From Pasteurella multocida (lineage in GTDB: Bacteria > Pseudomonadota > Gammaproteobacteria > Enterobacterales > Pasteurellaceae): a stretch of DNA of 32,000 nucleotides. Position 1 is the stretch's first letter. Each line of letters opens with the position of its first letter. Position numbers and translations under genes: made by a program. Of this stretch, positions 9,414-19,754 are shown piece after piece. Under the pieces are notes generated by a model. That model was not told where the DNA came from. It saw only the letters and a program-made list of their open reading frames with translations, and did not search any database. The stretch is taken from NCBI RefSeq assembly GCF_900187275.1, contig NZ_LT906458.1, forward strand, positions 390,001 through 422,000, written 5' to 3'.

Positions 9414-11594
9414 ATGGATATTTCAGCATTATTAGATGGGTTAAATGATAAACAACGTGATGCGGTTGCCGCGCCACTCGGCAATTACTTGGTGTTGGCG
9501 GGGGCCGGGAGTGGTAAAACACGTGTTTTAACACATCGTATTGCTTGGTTAATTGCAGTGGAACAGGTTTCTGAAGGGAGTATCATGGCAGTAACCTTCA
9601 CCAATAAAGCCGCGGCTGAAATGCGTCATCGTATCGAAAGCACCTTAGCTAATCATGCTTCTCAACGTTTATTTGGTATGTGGGTGGGCACGTTCCACAG
9701 CATTGCCCACCGCTTATTGCGTGCCCATCATCTTGATGCCAACTTACCCCAAGATTTCCAAATTCTCGATGCGGATGATCAACTGCGTTTAGTGAAGCGC
9801 CTACTCAAATTACATAATTTTGATGAGAAAATTTTTATTCCTAAGCAAGTCTGCTGGTATATCAATAATAAAAAAGATGACGGGTTAAGAGCGCACCAAA
9901 TTGATGACAATAATGATCGACATGAGCGGGAATGGATAAAAATTTATCAGATTTATCAAGATACTTGTGATCGTGCTGGTTTAGTGGATTTTGCGGAATT
10001 GTTATTACGTGCTTACGAATTATGGCTGAAAAAGCCTGTGATTTTACAGCGTTATCAACAACGTTTTCAGCACATTTTGGTCGATGAGTTCCAAGATACT
10101 AATAAGATCCAATATGCTTGGGTAAAATTGCTTGCGGGGGAACAAGGCAAGGTGATGATCGTGGGAGATGACGATCAATCGATTTATGGTTGGCGCGGGG
10201 CAAAAATTGAAAATATCCAACGCTTTTTAGATGATTTTTCCAATGCGCAAACCATCCGTCTTGAACAAAATTATCGTTCCACGGGGAATATTTTGGCAAG
10301 TGCCAACCAGCTTATTTCCAATAACAGCAATCGCCTTGGTAAAAATTTGTGGACGGACGGAGAAAAAGGTGAGCCAGTAGGAATCTATGCGGCTTTTAAT
10401 GAATTAGATGAAGCCTTATTTGTTTCCTCACAAATTAAACAATGGATAGAAAATGGCGGTAAGCTAAAAGATTGTGCCATTTTATACCGCAGTAATAGCC
10501 AATCCCGTGTGATTGAAGAGGCGTTAATTCGTTCTCAATTACCTTATCGTATTTATGGCGGTATGCGTTTCTTCGAGCGTCAAGAGATTAAAGATGCCCT
10601 TGCTTATTTACGTCTTATTGCCAATCGTCAAGACGACGCCGCGTTTGAACGCGTGGTCAATACGCCACCTCGTAGTATTGGTGAACGAACGTTAGATATG
10701 CTACGTAGTGTGACCCGCGAACGTGAAGTGACTTTGTGGCAAGCCACCCAATTAGCCATTCATGAAAATTTACTGACGGCGAGAGCAGCAACCGCACTAC
10801 AACGCTTTTTAGAGTTGATTAATTCCTTACAGCAAGATACCAGTGAAATGCCCTTATTTGCGCAAACCGATTTTGTGATTAAGCATTCTGGTTTATATGC
10901 CATGTATCAACAGGAAAAGGGGGAAAAGGGTGAAGTGCGGATCGAAAACTTAGAAGAGTTAGTGACTGCCACAAAAGAATTTATTAAGCCAGATGAGGCA
11001 GAACAGTTATCTGATTTAACAGCCTTTTTAACTCATGCCTCCTTAGAAGCAGGGGAGGAACAAGCTTCTCCACATCAAGACTATGTTGAAATGATGACAT
11101 TGCACTCTGCAAAGGGATTGGAATTCCCTCGGGTATTTATGGTGGGGGTTGAAGAAGGGTTATTTCCAAGTTTCCGATCTTTTGAAGAGCCGGGGCGTTT
11201 AGAAGAAGAGCGTCGCTTAGCTTATGTTGGGATCACGCGCGCAAAACAAAAGTTGACGATTTGCTATGCGGAAAGTCGCCGTCTATATGCCAAAGAAGAA
11301 CGTCATCTTCCTTCCCGTTTTATTGCTGAATTACCTACGGAATGTATTCAAGAAATCCGCTTACGTGGTACGGTGACACGTGCCATGAATCAGCAGAAAG
11401 TCGGATCGGTTGCACCGAGTTTACAGGAAAATGAATGGAAAATGGGGCAAAAAGTGCTACATAGCAAATTTGGGCAAGGCACGATCATTAATGTGGAAGG
11501 GGCGGAGAATAATACTCGCTTACAAATTGCATTCCAAAATCAAGGGATTAAATGGCTGATTGCCCATTTAGCCAAATTAGAAAAAATTCGTTAA
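9414..11594 (+). CDS. uvrD: DNA helicase II (UvrD), SF1 helicase
   Basis: The N-terminus MDISALLDGLNDKQRDAVAAP...LVLAGAGSGKTRVLTHRIAWL...IMAVTFTNKAAAEMRHRI closely parallels E. coli UvrD rather than Rep. Helicase motifs are present throughout (DEFQDTN, QNYRS, VGITRAK). 726 aa. Confidence 0.93.
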   Translation: MDISALLDGLNDKQRDAVAAPLGNYLVLAGAGSGKTRVLTHRIAWLIAVEQVSEGSIMAVTFTNKAAAEMRHRIESTLANHASQRLFGMWVGTFHSIAHRLLRAHHLDANLPQDFQILDADDQLRLVKRLLKLHNFDEKIFIPKQVCWYINNKKDDGLRAHQIDDNNDRHEREWIKIYQIYQDTCDRAGLVDFAELLLRAYELWLKKPVILQRYQQRFQHILVDEFQDTNKIQYAWVKLLAGEQGKVMIVGDDDQSIYGWRGAKIENIQRFLDDFSNAQTIRLEQNYRSTGNILASANQLISNNSNRLGKNLWTDGEKGEPVGIYAAFNELDEALFVSSQIKQWIENGGKLKDCAILYRSNSQSRVIEEALIRSQLPYRIYGGMRFFERQEIKDALAYLRLIANRQDDAAFERVVNTPPRSIGERTLDMLRSVTREREVTLWQATQLAIHENLLTARAATALQRFLELINSLQQDTSEMPLFAQTDFVIKHSGLYAMYQQEKGEKGEVRIENLEELVTATKEFIKPDEAEQLSDLTAFLTHASLEAGEEQASPHQDYVEMMTLHSAKGLEFPRVFMVGVEEGLFPSFRSFEEPGRLEEERRLAYVGITRAKQKLTICYAESRRLYAKEERHLPSRFIAELPTECIQEIRLRGTVTRAMNQQKVGSVAPSLQENEWKMGQKVLHSKFGQGTIINVEGAENNTRLQIAFQNQGIKWLIAHLAKLEKIR

Positions 11595-11754
11595 AGGGAT
11601 GTACAACCTCGTGTGGAAGTACGCTAGATAGCTTGCGTTTTTCACATGGGGTGATTTTTATCCCTTCATTTTTGACAGAATTCGCGCTTAAATTAAAAGA
11701 AGAATTGGTATATCATATAGGCTAATTTTTGAATTTACGTATAGACCCATTCTT

Positions 11755-13158
11755 ATGGCAAAAAAGAACGCCCAAATTCCAAGTAAACCTCTTGAACAAG
11801 GCATTGTTCCGCCACATTCTTTAGAAGCGGAACAGTCTGTTTTAGGCGGTATTTTGATTCACCCAGCTCATTGGGATAGCATTAGTGACATGCTCATTGC
11901 CGATGATTTCTATTTAGCTGCCCATCGTGTCATTTTCCAAGAAATGGAAAATTTACTCCGTCAAGGGAAGCCAATTGATCTGATCAACCTCTACGAATTT
12001 TTACGCGAAAAGAATCTCAGTGAAGATGTTGGTGGCTTTGCCTATTTAGCTGAATTATCCAAAAACACACCAAGTGTATCCAATATTGTTTCGTATGCCG
12101 CTATCGTGCGTGATCGTGCTATTTTGCGTGATTTGATTAGTGTCAGTAATGATGTGGCGCAAAGCTGTTACACGACAAAAGGGATGGAGGTGAAAGATAT
12201 TCTGGATGAGGCAGAACGAAAAGTCTTTGCCATTTCGGAGAAACGCACCACTTCAAACGAAGGACCGCAAAATATCTGTGCGATTTTAGAAAAAACCATT
12301 GATCGTATTGAATTATTGAGTAAAACCGAAGGGCATAATGGTATCACAGGTGTCAGTACCGGTTTTGATGCGCTCGATAAGAAAACCGCCGGTTTACAGC
12401 CTTCCGATCTCATCATTGTGGCAGCCCGTCCTTCAATGGGTAAAACGACTTTTGCAATGAATTTATGTGAAAATGCAGCACTCAAAAGTGATAAACCGGT
12501 TTTAGTGTTCAGTTTAGAGATGCCAGCAGAACAAATTATGATGCGTTCTCTTGCTTCATTATCGCGTGTGGATCAAACCAAAATTCGTACTGGACAAGGG
12601 TTAGATCAAAGTGACTGGTCGAAGATTGGGAGTACAATGGGGCTGTTCGCTAATAAGCCCAACTTATATATTGATGATTCATCGGGCTTAACCCCAACGG
12701 AATTACGTTCACGTGCAAGACGAGTATATCGTGAAAACGGCGGCTTAAGTTTGATTATGGTGGACTATTTGCAATTAATGCGGGCACCGGGATTTGCCGA
12801 TAACCGTACCTTGGAGATAGCTGAAATTTCGCGTTCACTAAAAGCCTTAGCAAAAGAATTAGAAGTGCCAGTGATTGCCTTATCCCAGTTAAACCGTACC
12901 CTTGAAAATCGTGCTGATAAACGTCCAGTGAATTCTGATTTGCGTGAATCTGGCTCCATTGAACAAGATGCGGACTTAATTATGTTTATTTATCGTGATG
13001 AAGTATATAACGAGAATTCAGAAGATAAAGGCGTGGCAGAAATTATTATTGGCAAACAGCGTAATGGTCCGATTGGACGCGTGAGATTGGCGTTTAGAGG
13101 ACAATTCTCACGCTTTGATAACTTAGCCGAACAACGAGATATAAGAGACGATTATTAA
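11755..13158 (+). CDS. dnaB: Replicative DNA helicase DnaB
   Basis: PPHSLEAEQSVLGG..., Walker A ARPSMGKTTFAMN, and LIMVDYLQLM...EISRSLKALAKEL.VPV.ALSQLNR...IIGKQRNGP. 467 aa. Confidence 0.95.
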   Translation: MAKKNAQIPSKPLEQGIVPPHSLEAEQSVLGGILIHPAHWDSISDMLIADDFYLAAHRVIFQEMENLLRQGKPIDLINLYEFLREKNLSEDVGGFAYLAELSKNTPSVSNIVSYAAIVRDRAILRDLISVSNDVAQSCYTTKGMEVKDILDEAERKVFAISEKRTTSNEGPQNICAILEKTIDRIELLSKTEGHNGITGVSTGFDALDKKTAGLQPSDLIIVAARPSMGKTTFAMNLCENAALKSDKPVLVFSLEMPAEQIMMRSLASLSRVDQTKIRTGQGLDQSDWSKIGSTMGLFANKPNLYIDDSSGLTPTELRSRARRVYRENGGLSLIMVDYLQLMRAPGFADNRTLEIAEISRSLKALAKELEVPVIALSQLNRTLENRADKRPVNSDLRESGSIEQDADLIMFIYRDEVYNENSEDKGVAEIIIGKQRNGPIGRVRLAFRGQFSRFDNLAEQRDIRDDY

Positions 13159-14240
13159 TGAATATGAAACCTGCCACAGCAAAAATCAGTTCTGTGGCAT
13201 TAAAACACAACATTCAAACGATTAAACAAAAAGCCCCGCAAAGTAAAATTATTGCTGTTGTGAAAGCCAATGCCTATGGTCATGGTGTTGTGTTTGTGTC
13301 CGCTGCCGTAGAAGAGTTGGTCGATTGTTTTGGCGTCGCCCGTTTAGAAGAAGCCTTAAGTTTACGCTCAAATGGGATTACGAAACCTATTTTGCTCTTA
13401 GAAGGTTTTTTTTGCGATAAAGATTTACCGGTGATTGCGATAAATAATATTCAAACTGTTGTGCATAACGTCGAACAATTGGCAGCGTTAAAAGCAGCTA
13501 AAGTTCCTAATCCGATTAAAGTCTGGCTAAAAATTGATACTGGTATGCACCGTTTAGGGGTAGCACTAGAAGACGTTGAGTATTTTTACCAAGCGCTCCG
13601 CGATTCAGAGAATGTTGATCCACAAATTGGTTTTGTCAGCCATTTTAGTCGCGCGGATGAATTGGAATGTGACTATACCAAGTTACAATTGACACGTTTT
13701 TTAAATGCTACGCAAAATAAAGCGGGCGAAAAAAGTATTGCTGCCTCAGGTGGGATCTTATTTTGGGAAAATTCCCATTTAGACTGGATTCGTCCGGGCA
13801 TTATTATGTATGGGATTTCACCGATTAATGTACCGGCACAAGAATATGATTTAACCCCTGTGATGACCTTAACCTCCTCTCTTATTGCAATTAAACAGCA
13901 TAAAAAAGGGGAGCCAGTAGGATATGGCGGGATTTGGGTCAGCGATAAAGACACGAAAATTGGTGTGGTTGCCATTGGTTATGGCGATGGTTATCCGCGT
14001 GACATACCAACAGGCACACCGGTTTACCTCAATGGTCGTCGTGTGCCCATTGTGGGACGTGTCTCGATGGATATGTTGACAGTCGATCTCGGTGCAGAAG
14101 CACAAGACAAGGTTGGCGATGAAGTCATTCTTTGGGGCAAAGAATTGCCCATTGAAGAAATCGCGGATATTAGTGGCGTGATTAGTTATGAATTGATTAC
14201 AAAATTAACGCCACGTGTTTTAACGGAATATATTGATTAA
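13158..14240 (+). CDS. alr: Alanine racemase (PLP-dependent)
   Basis: It has the PLP-lysine motif VVKANAYGHG and a C-terminal domain GYGDGYPR...GRVSMDM. The start overlaps the dnaB stop (TAATG). 360 aa. Confidence 0.92.
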   Translation: MNMKPATAKISSVALKHNIQTIKQKAPQSKIIAVVKANAYGHGVVFVSAAVEELVDCFGVARLEEALSLRSNGITKPILLLEGFFCDKDLPVIAINNIQTVVHNVEQLAALKAAKVPNPIKVWLKIDTGMHRLGVALEDVEYFYQALRDSENVDPQIGFVSHFSRADELECDYTKLQLTRFLNATQNKAGEKSIAASGGILFWENSHLDWIRPGIIMYGISPINVPAQEYDLTPVMTLTSSLIAIKQHKKGEPVGYGGIWVSDKDTKIGVVAIGYGDGYPRDIPTGTPVYLNGRRVPIVGRVSMDMLTVDLGAEAQDKVGDEVILWGKELPIEEIADISGVISYELITKLTPRVLTEYID

Positions 14241-14254
14241 CTAATTAGCGATGA

Positions 14255-14288
14255 AAAAGTGCGGTAGAATTTACCGCACTTTTTGTCT
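14255..14288. terminator. Inverted USS-pair terminator shared by alr (+) and the convergent synthase gene (-)
   Basis: AAAAGTGCGGTA (14255-14266) pairs with TACCGCACTTTT (14272-14283) around a 5-nt loop. The flanking A and T runs would allow it to work in both directions. Confidence 0.8.
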
Positions 14289-14330
14289 TTTTAGTATTAT
14301 TTATAAAATCAGAGCTAATCTGACGAATCA

Positions 14331-16286
14331 TTATAAAAAATAAAAAGGTAAACAGGGGATAAGGTCAGTAAATTTAGGATGATTTTTGACTAATGGATAA
14401 ATACTTGAATATCCCCATGGACCGTTTTCCATGATCAGCTGAGTTTGTTGCTCATCATTGTCTCGATATTGATGATAGAGTGTTTCGCTGTCTCTATTAT
14501 CTTCCGTTAGCCAGTTTGCTGGTCTTGAAATACAAATCTGAAGAATATTATTTTTCTTACACAAGAGAGAGAAATAGATATCAGCCATGCCTGAATGGGT
14601 AAAGTCAGAAAGAGAAAATTGATTAAAGAGACTGACTCTAAAGCTAACAGTTCCTGTACCTAATACATTGACCGCTTTGTCTTTTTCCAGAGGTTTATAG
14701 AAGCTATATACCAGTCTATCCGCCGAAAAATATTTGGTCATTCTACTTGGAAAGAGAATGCCGTGTAAACCAATAACCGCTTTATCATCGTATTCATTCA
14801 GCTTCTTGATCATCGTATTGATGTAATCGCTTGGATAGATAATGTCATCATCACAGGTTATATAATATCCATCTTGATTTTTTTCAATCAACTCTTCCAG
14901 TAAAATGAATTTGCCATTATCTCTAATGGAGTTATCTTTATCTTTGCAATGAACAACGGTTGCTTTATTACCTAAATTTTTTATGAAGTCAGGGATTTCT
15001 ACATAGCCATCAAGATAAATATGAAAATGATCACATTGATTTTTTAGTATGCCGATAATACGTTGTAATTGCGCTATTCTTGAGGGAATAGAACAAATAT
15101 TGATATAAACAGGAATCTTAGGATTGGACAACTTACTCATTTCTTGTGGTACTGGTAAGGCGTCGTAAATACGAGGGAATTGAAAAAGATTTTTGAAATC
15201 ATGTGAGGCAGTTTCGTTATGCATCGCTTGAAACAGGGTTGCATAATGTTGTCTGGTATCAGACATTTTCTGTATTATGTTATGATTGTCTATCCATTCA
15301 ACCATATCAGTAAATAAAGAGTTTTCTCTCATTGTGTTGTAGTATAACGGCAAGAGTAAATTTTTTATTTTTTCTTTTCCATAATATTTCGCAATTCTAT
15401 GAAAAAACTCATCATCTGAGCCTTTAGTCGTACAATTGAAGAAACCAATTTCTTGAAATACTTTTTTGTGCATACCCAAGGTTATAAAACCTAATCTATA
15501 ATCCATATTATTGACTTTAATGATATGCTGTGTTTCTGGTGCTAGTCTTGAGTATGCACAACGAACAGCAATAGTTTCTTTATTAGCTAATAATATATTT
15601 ACACATCTTTCTATTCTTTCATGATGACATACATCATCACTATCTTGAAAGAAAATAATGTCACCTTTAGATTTTAATATGCCTGTATTTTTCGCAAAGT
15701 AAGTTCCTAGGTTTGAATTTAATCTAAATACTCTGACTTTGCTTGTTGTATTCGCTATTCTCGAGGCAATTTCAAATGTATTATCCGAGCTATCATCATC
15801 TACAATAATAATTTCTATGTTTTTATATGTTTGTAACAATAATGAATTAATAGAAGCTTCGATAAATTGCGCTGTATTGTGAGATGTCATGATAATACTG
15901 ACTAATGGATTTGCGCTGTTGGTTTCTTTGACTAACCCTAAATCACTTTTAGCGACTTCATTATATAAATCTGTTATTGATGTTGTTTGCTTATCTTTTT
16001 CTAGCTTTGCTTCTAATGCTTGATTATAGGTATATATTTTTTTAAATTCTTGCAGAACCAATTGGAGTTGTTTTAATAAAAGTTTATTTTCGTTTTCAAG
16101 GGATGCGGATAGCGGATGTTTACTGTCCTGTTTTGCCAATAGAGTTTGTTGAGAAATAATGTCTTTGTTTAAAGTTGTTTTTAGACTATCAATTTTATTT
16201 TGAAAGGTGTTGAGTTCATTTTCTTTTTCATGTTGGGGTGGATTTTTAGCTATTTGAATTTGAGTCATCTCTTTTTTTCCCTTCAT
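14331..16286 (-). CDS. hssB: Dual-domain glycosaminoglycan (heparosan) synthase, PmHS2-like: a GT2 GlcUA-transferase domain plus a KfiA-like GlcNAc-transferase domain
   Basis: The 651-aa product starts MKGKKEMTQIQIAKNPPQHEKENELNTF..., which I recognise from memory as Pasteurella multocida PmHS2. The GT2 signatures are VSIIMTSHNTAQFI, IEIIIVDDDSSDNT and FFQDSDD. The second domain has PVYINICSIPSR and YYITCDDDIIYPSDY. The N-terminal ~120 aa are K/E/Q/L-rich. The DNA is clearly AT-rich. Confidence 0.85.
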   Translation of the reverse strand: MKGKKEMTQIQIAKNPPQHEKENELNTFQNKIDSLKTTLNKDIISQQTLLAKQDSKHPLSASLENENKLLLKQLQLVLQEFKKIYTYNQALEAKLEKDKQTTSITDLYNEVAKSDLGLVKETNSANPLVSIIMTSHNTAQFIEASINSLLLQTYKNIEIIIVDDDSSDNTFEIASRIANTTSKVRVFRLNSNLGTYFAKNTGILKSKGDIIFFQDSDDVCHHERIERCVNILLANKETIAVRCAYSRLAPETQHIIKVNNMDYRLGFITLGMHKKVFQEIGFFNCTTKGSDDEFFHRIAKYYGKEKIKNLLLPLYYNTMRENSLFTDMVEWIDNHNIIQKMSDTRQHYATLFQAMHNETASHDFKNLFQFPRIYDALPVPQEMSKLSNPKIPVYINICSIPSRIAQLQRIIGILKNQCDHFHIYLDGYVEIPDFIKNLGNKATVVHCKDKDNSIRDNGKFILLEELIEKNQDGYYITCDDDIIYPSDYINTMIKKLNEYDDKAVIGLHGILFPSRMTKYFSADRLVYSFYKPLEKDKAVNVLGTGTVSFRVSLFNQFSLSDFTHSGMADIYFSLLCKKNNILQICISRPANWLTEDNRDSETLYHQYRDNDEQQTQLIMENGPWGYSSIYPLVKNHPKFTDLIPCLPFYFL

Positions 16287-16432
16287 TTCAATAAATGAGT
16301 TTATGTTTTTATTTTTATAAACCTCACTATAGACAGATTCTTAAATATGTATATATCTCTTTGAGTTTATTTGACGTATTTTGAGTTTAAGTGAACAAGA
16401 ATACACCGATGTAGGTTATTCCCCTACACAGC

Positions 16433-16765
16433 GTGCGTTATAATTCATTTTTAAGTGTTTTAGCATTGTTCAACGTATTGTTATGGTTTACTTTTATTCT
16501 CGCTATAAGTATGACGTTCTCAGCGATAAATCTGCTAATGAGTAAGAAATTCACGATGAAAAACGTTCAGCCAACACGGCTTGATTGGTTTTTCGTCTTG
16601 TTACCTTATGTAATCGGTTTGTTCTTTGCGATTTTTGATAGTGCAACAATTGGTCAAGTTTTCTTCTGGGGTCTCATGACACATCTTGTTGCGATATTTT
16701 TATATTTTGTGTTTCATTATCCACTTACAGCTATTTGGGGTTTTGTTGTTGGCATAACGGCGTAA
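16433..16765 (+). CDS. Hypothetical small polytopic membrane protein; the start codon is uncertain (GTG at 16433, or internal ATGs)
   Basis: The 110-codon ORF stays open in AT-rich DNA, where stop codons are frequent. The product has 3-4 hydrophobic helices (LSVLALFNVLLWFTFILAI, WFFVLLPYVIGLFFAIF, VFFWGLMTHLVAIFLYFVF). I see no SD for any candidate start and recognise no family. Confidence 0.45.
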   Translation: MRYNSFLSVLALFNVLLWFTFILAISMTFSAINLLMSKKFTMKNVQPTRLDWFFVLLPYVIGLFFAIFDSATIGQVFFWGLMTHLVAIFLYFVFHYPLTAIWGFVVGITA

Positions 16766-16896
16766 AAAATCTGTCAGAAATTGACCGCACTTTTTGCGCG
16801 CAATGAGCGCATTTAGCCTTTCATTACTTTCTAAGCATTTATGTCATCTCATCTATATTGTTTTCTATTTTAATGATGAGTATAGTGTTCACCAAC

Positions 16897-16988
16897 GTCG
16901 TCCGTCGCAGTAAATCTCGACAACTGCTAACGAATGCATTGCGCAGGGATTGATATGTGGGGAGGTTCGAGTCCCACCGGGCGACACC
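16897..16988 (+). other. tRNA-like cloverleaf element (non-canonical; either a degenerate tRNA relic or a novel tRNA-like RNA)
   Basis: Acceptor-like helix of 8 bp: GTCGTCCG (16897-16904) with CGGGCGAC (16978-16985), then A-CC. A T-loop-like GGTTCGAGTCC sits inside stem GTGGG/CCCAC (16957-61/16973-77). The middle helix CTGC/GCAG (16924-27/16943-46) closes a 15-nt loop rather than 7. There is no D-loop GG and no assignable anticodon. Upstream lies TTGTTT(16858-63)-17 nt-TATAGT(16881-86). Confidence 0.4.
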
Positions 16989-17304
16989 TTCTTAATATGT
17001 TTCCCTTTTTTCATTTAAAAAAATCTATTGTCAATAAAGATGAATGGAGTACCTCTGTGCCAGATAAAGTGCTACATTTTGGCTAGGTCGTATAAACATG
17101 GATTGACTTACAAGGGGGAAATTTAATTCAGAATGCGCGAATATAAATGAATCTCAAACGATGATTTATTAACAAAATGATTACATTCATTTTGTATATT
17201 ATGCAATTAATGAATTTATAAAAGCGAAAGTTGTTCTGCCTCAAAGTTTGCCCCTTAACCTACACGTCAATTTAGTATATTATTTTCCACATTCGATATT
17301 ATAA

Positions 17305-18969
<1,665 letters not shown>

Positions 18970-18982
18970 GCGAAAGAACAAG

Positions 18983-19012
18983 AAGTGCGGTCAAAATGAC
19001 CGCACTTTTTTT
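18983..19012 (+). terminator. pgi terminator built from an inverted USS pair
   Basis: AAGTGCGGTCA (18983-18993) pairs with TGACCGCACTT (18997-19007), and the T-run extends through 19012. Confidence 0.85.
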
Positions 19013-19052
19013 GTGTGTGAGTGTACTATGTCGTATGGTCTCTACAACCTTA

Positions 19053-19742
19053 CTAAATTAAGTGATGACCAATAAAAATCACTTTGCCGATAATCTCAAG
19101 GGTATGATATTGCTCAAAGGAGAGATCAATTGGCGGATAAAGTGTCTTATTGTCACTCATTAAGCGAATGCCATTGGGAAGCCCTTGAATACGCTTAATC
19201 CAGATTTGTTTACCTGAACGTATCACATAGATGCCTTCCTCTTTTGCACTGTTCACTTCACGATTAATCAGAAGTAAATCACCATGATGAATGGTTGGTA
19301 GCATGCTGTCACCGGTAGCGCTGACAAAAACGAGTTTATCTGCTGTTATGCCTCTTCCTGTTAACCTATCTTTCATTAACGTGATGTGTTGGTTTGCTTT
19401 TGCAGAAGACGTGAAGGCACTAAAACAGGCATAAAAGGGGATCGGAATGTGATCTTCTGCTTGTGTATTTTCAATAGAACTGACTTCTGTCGTATAGTGA
19501 CGACGAGGTTCATTCACTTGAGAATGAGGCTGTTCTGCTTGATATAATCCAAGTTGTTGCTGGACCGCAATAGGGAATGACGTATAGTGATATTCAAACG
19601 TTTTGCCTTTCACGCCTTGTCTTTGGCGTTTTTGCCAACCTTCTCGGGCGGCTTTTTTGACAATACCTTTATCTGATCCTGGTAAATATAAGTTTTTTTC
19701 CATGAGTTCTTTTATTGAAAACCACTCTTGATAGTTCTGCAT
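19053..19742 (-). CDS. Phage-type repressor: an N-terminal Mu c / MuA-like winged-HTH domain fused to a C-terminal S24 (LexA/CI) autopeptidase domain
   Basis: The N-terminus WFSIKELMEKNLYLPGSDKGIVKKAAREGWQKRQRQGVKGKTFEYHYTSFP parallels the phage Mu repressor c (W.SPQEIM...MPGS..GV...A..QGWTKRKKEGVKGGKAVEY...S.P) as I remember it. The C-terminus has the S24 catalytic Ser in GDSMLPTI and Lys in IWIKRI. 229 aa. Confidence 0.8.
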   Translation of the reverse strand: MQNYQEWFSIKELMEKNLYLPGSDKGIVKKAAREGWQKRQRQGVKGKTFEYHYTSFPIAVQQQLGLYQAEQPHSQVNEPRRHYTTEVSSIENTQAEDHIPIPFYACFSAFTSSAKANQHITLMKDRLTGRGITADKLVFVSATGDSMLPTIHHGDLLLINREVNSAKEEGIYVIRSGKQIWIKRIQGLPNGIRLMSDNKTLYPPIDLSFEQYHTLEIIGKVIFIGHHLI

Positions 19743-19754
19743 AAAAAACCTTCT

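Noticed and set aside
9263-9484. 73-aa minus-strand ORF across the uvrD promoter and 5' end.
   Set aside because: It overlaps the LexA box, the promoter and the start of the highly conserved uvrD. I see no SD for it.
16897-16988. The possibility that the tRNA-like element is selC (tRNA-Sec), given the Sec-dependent fdxG and the 8-bp acceptor stem.
   Set aside because: It has no UCA anticodon and no 7-nt anticodon loop, the T-loop is 11 nt, and the D-arm is atypical. It cannot be a functional tRNA-Sec as it stands.
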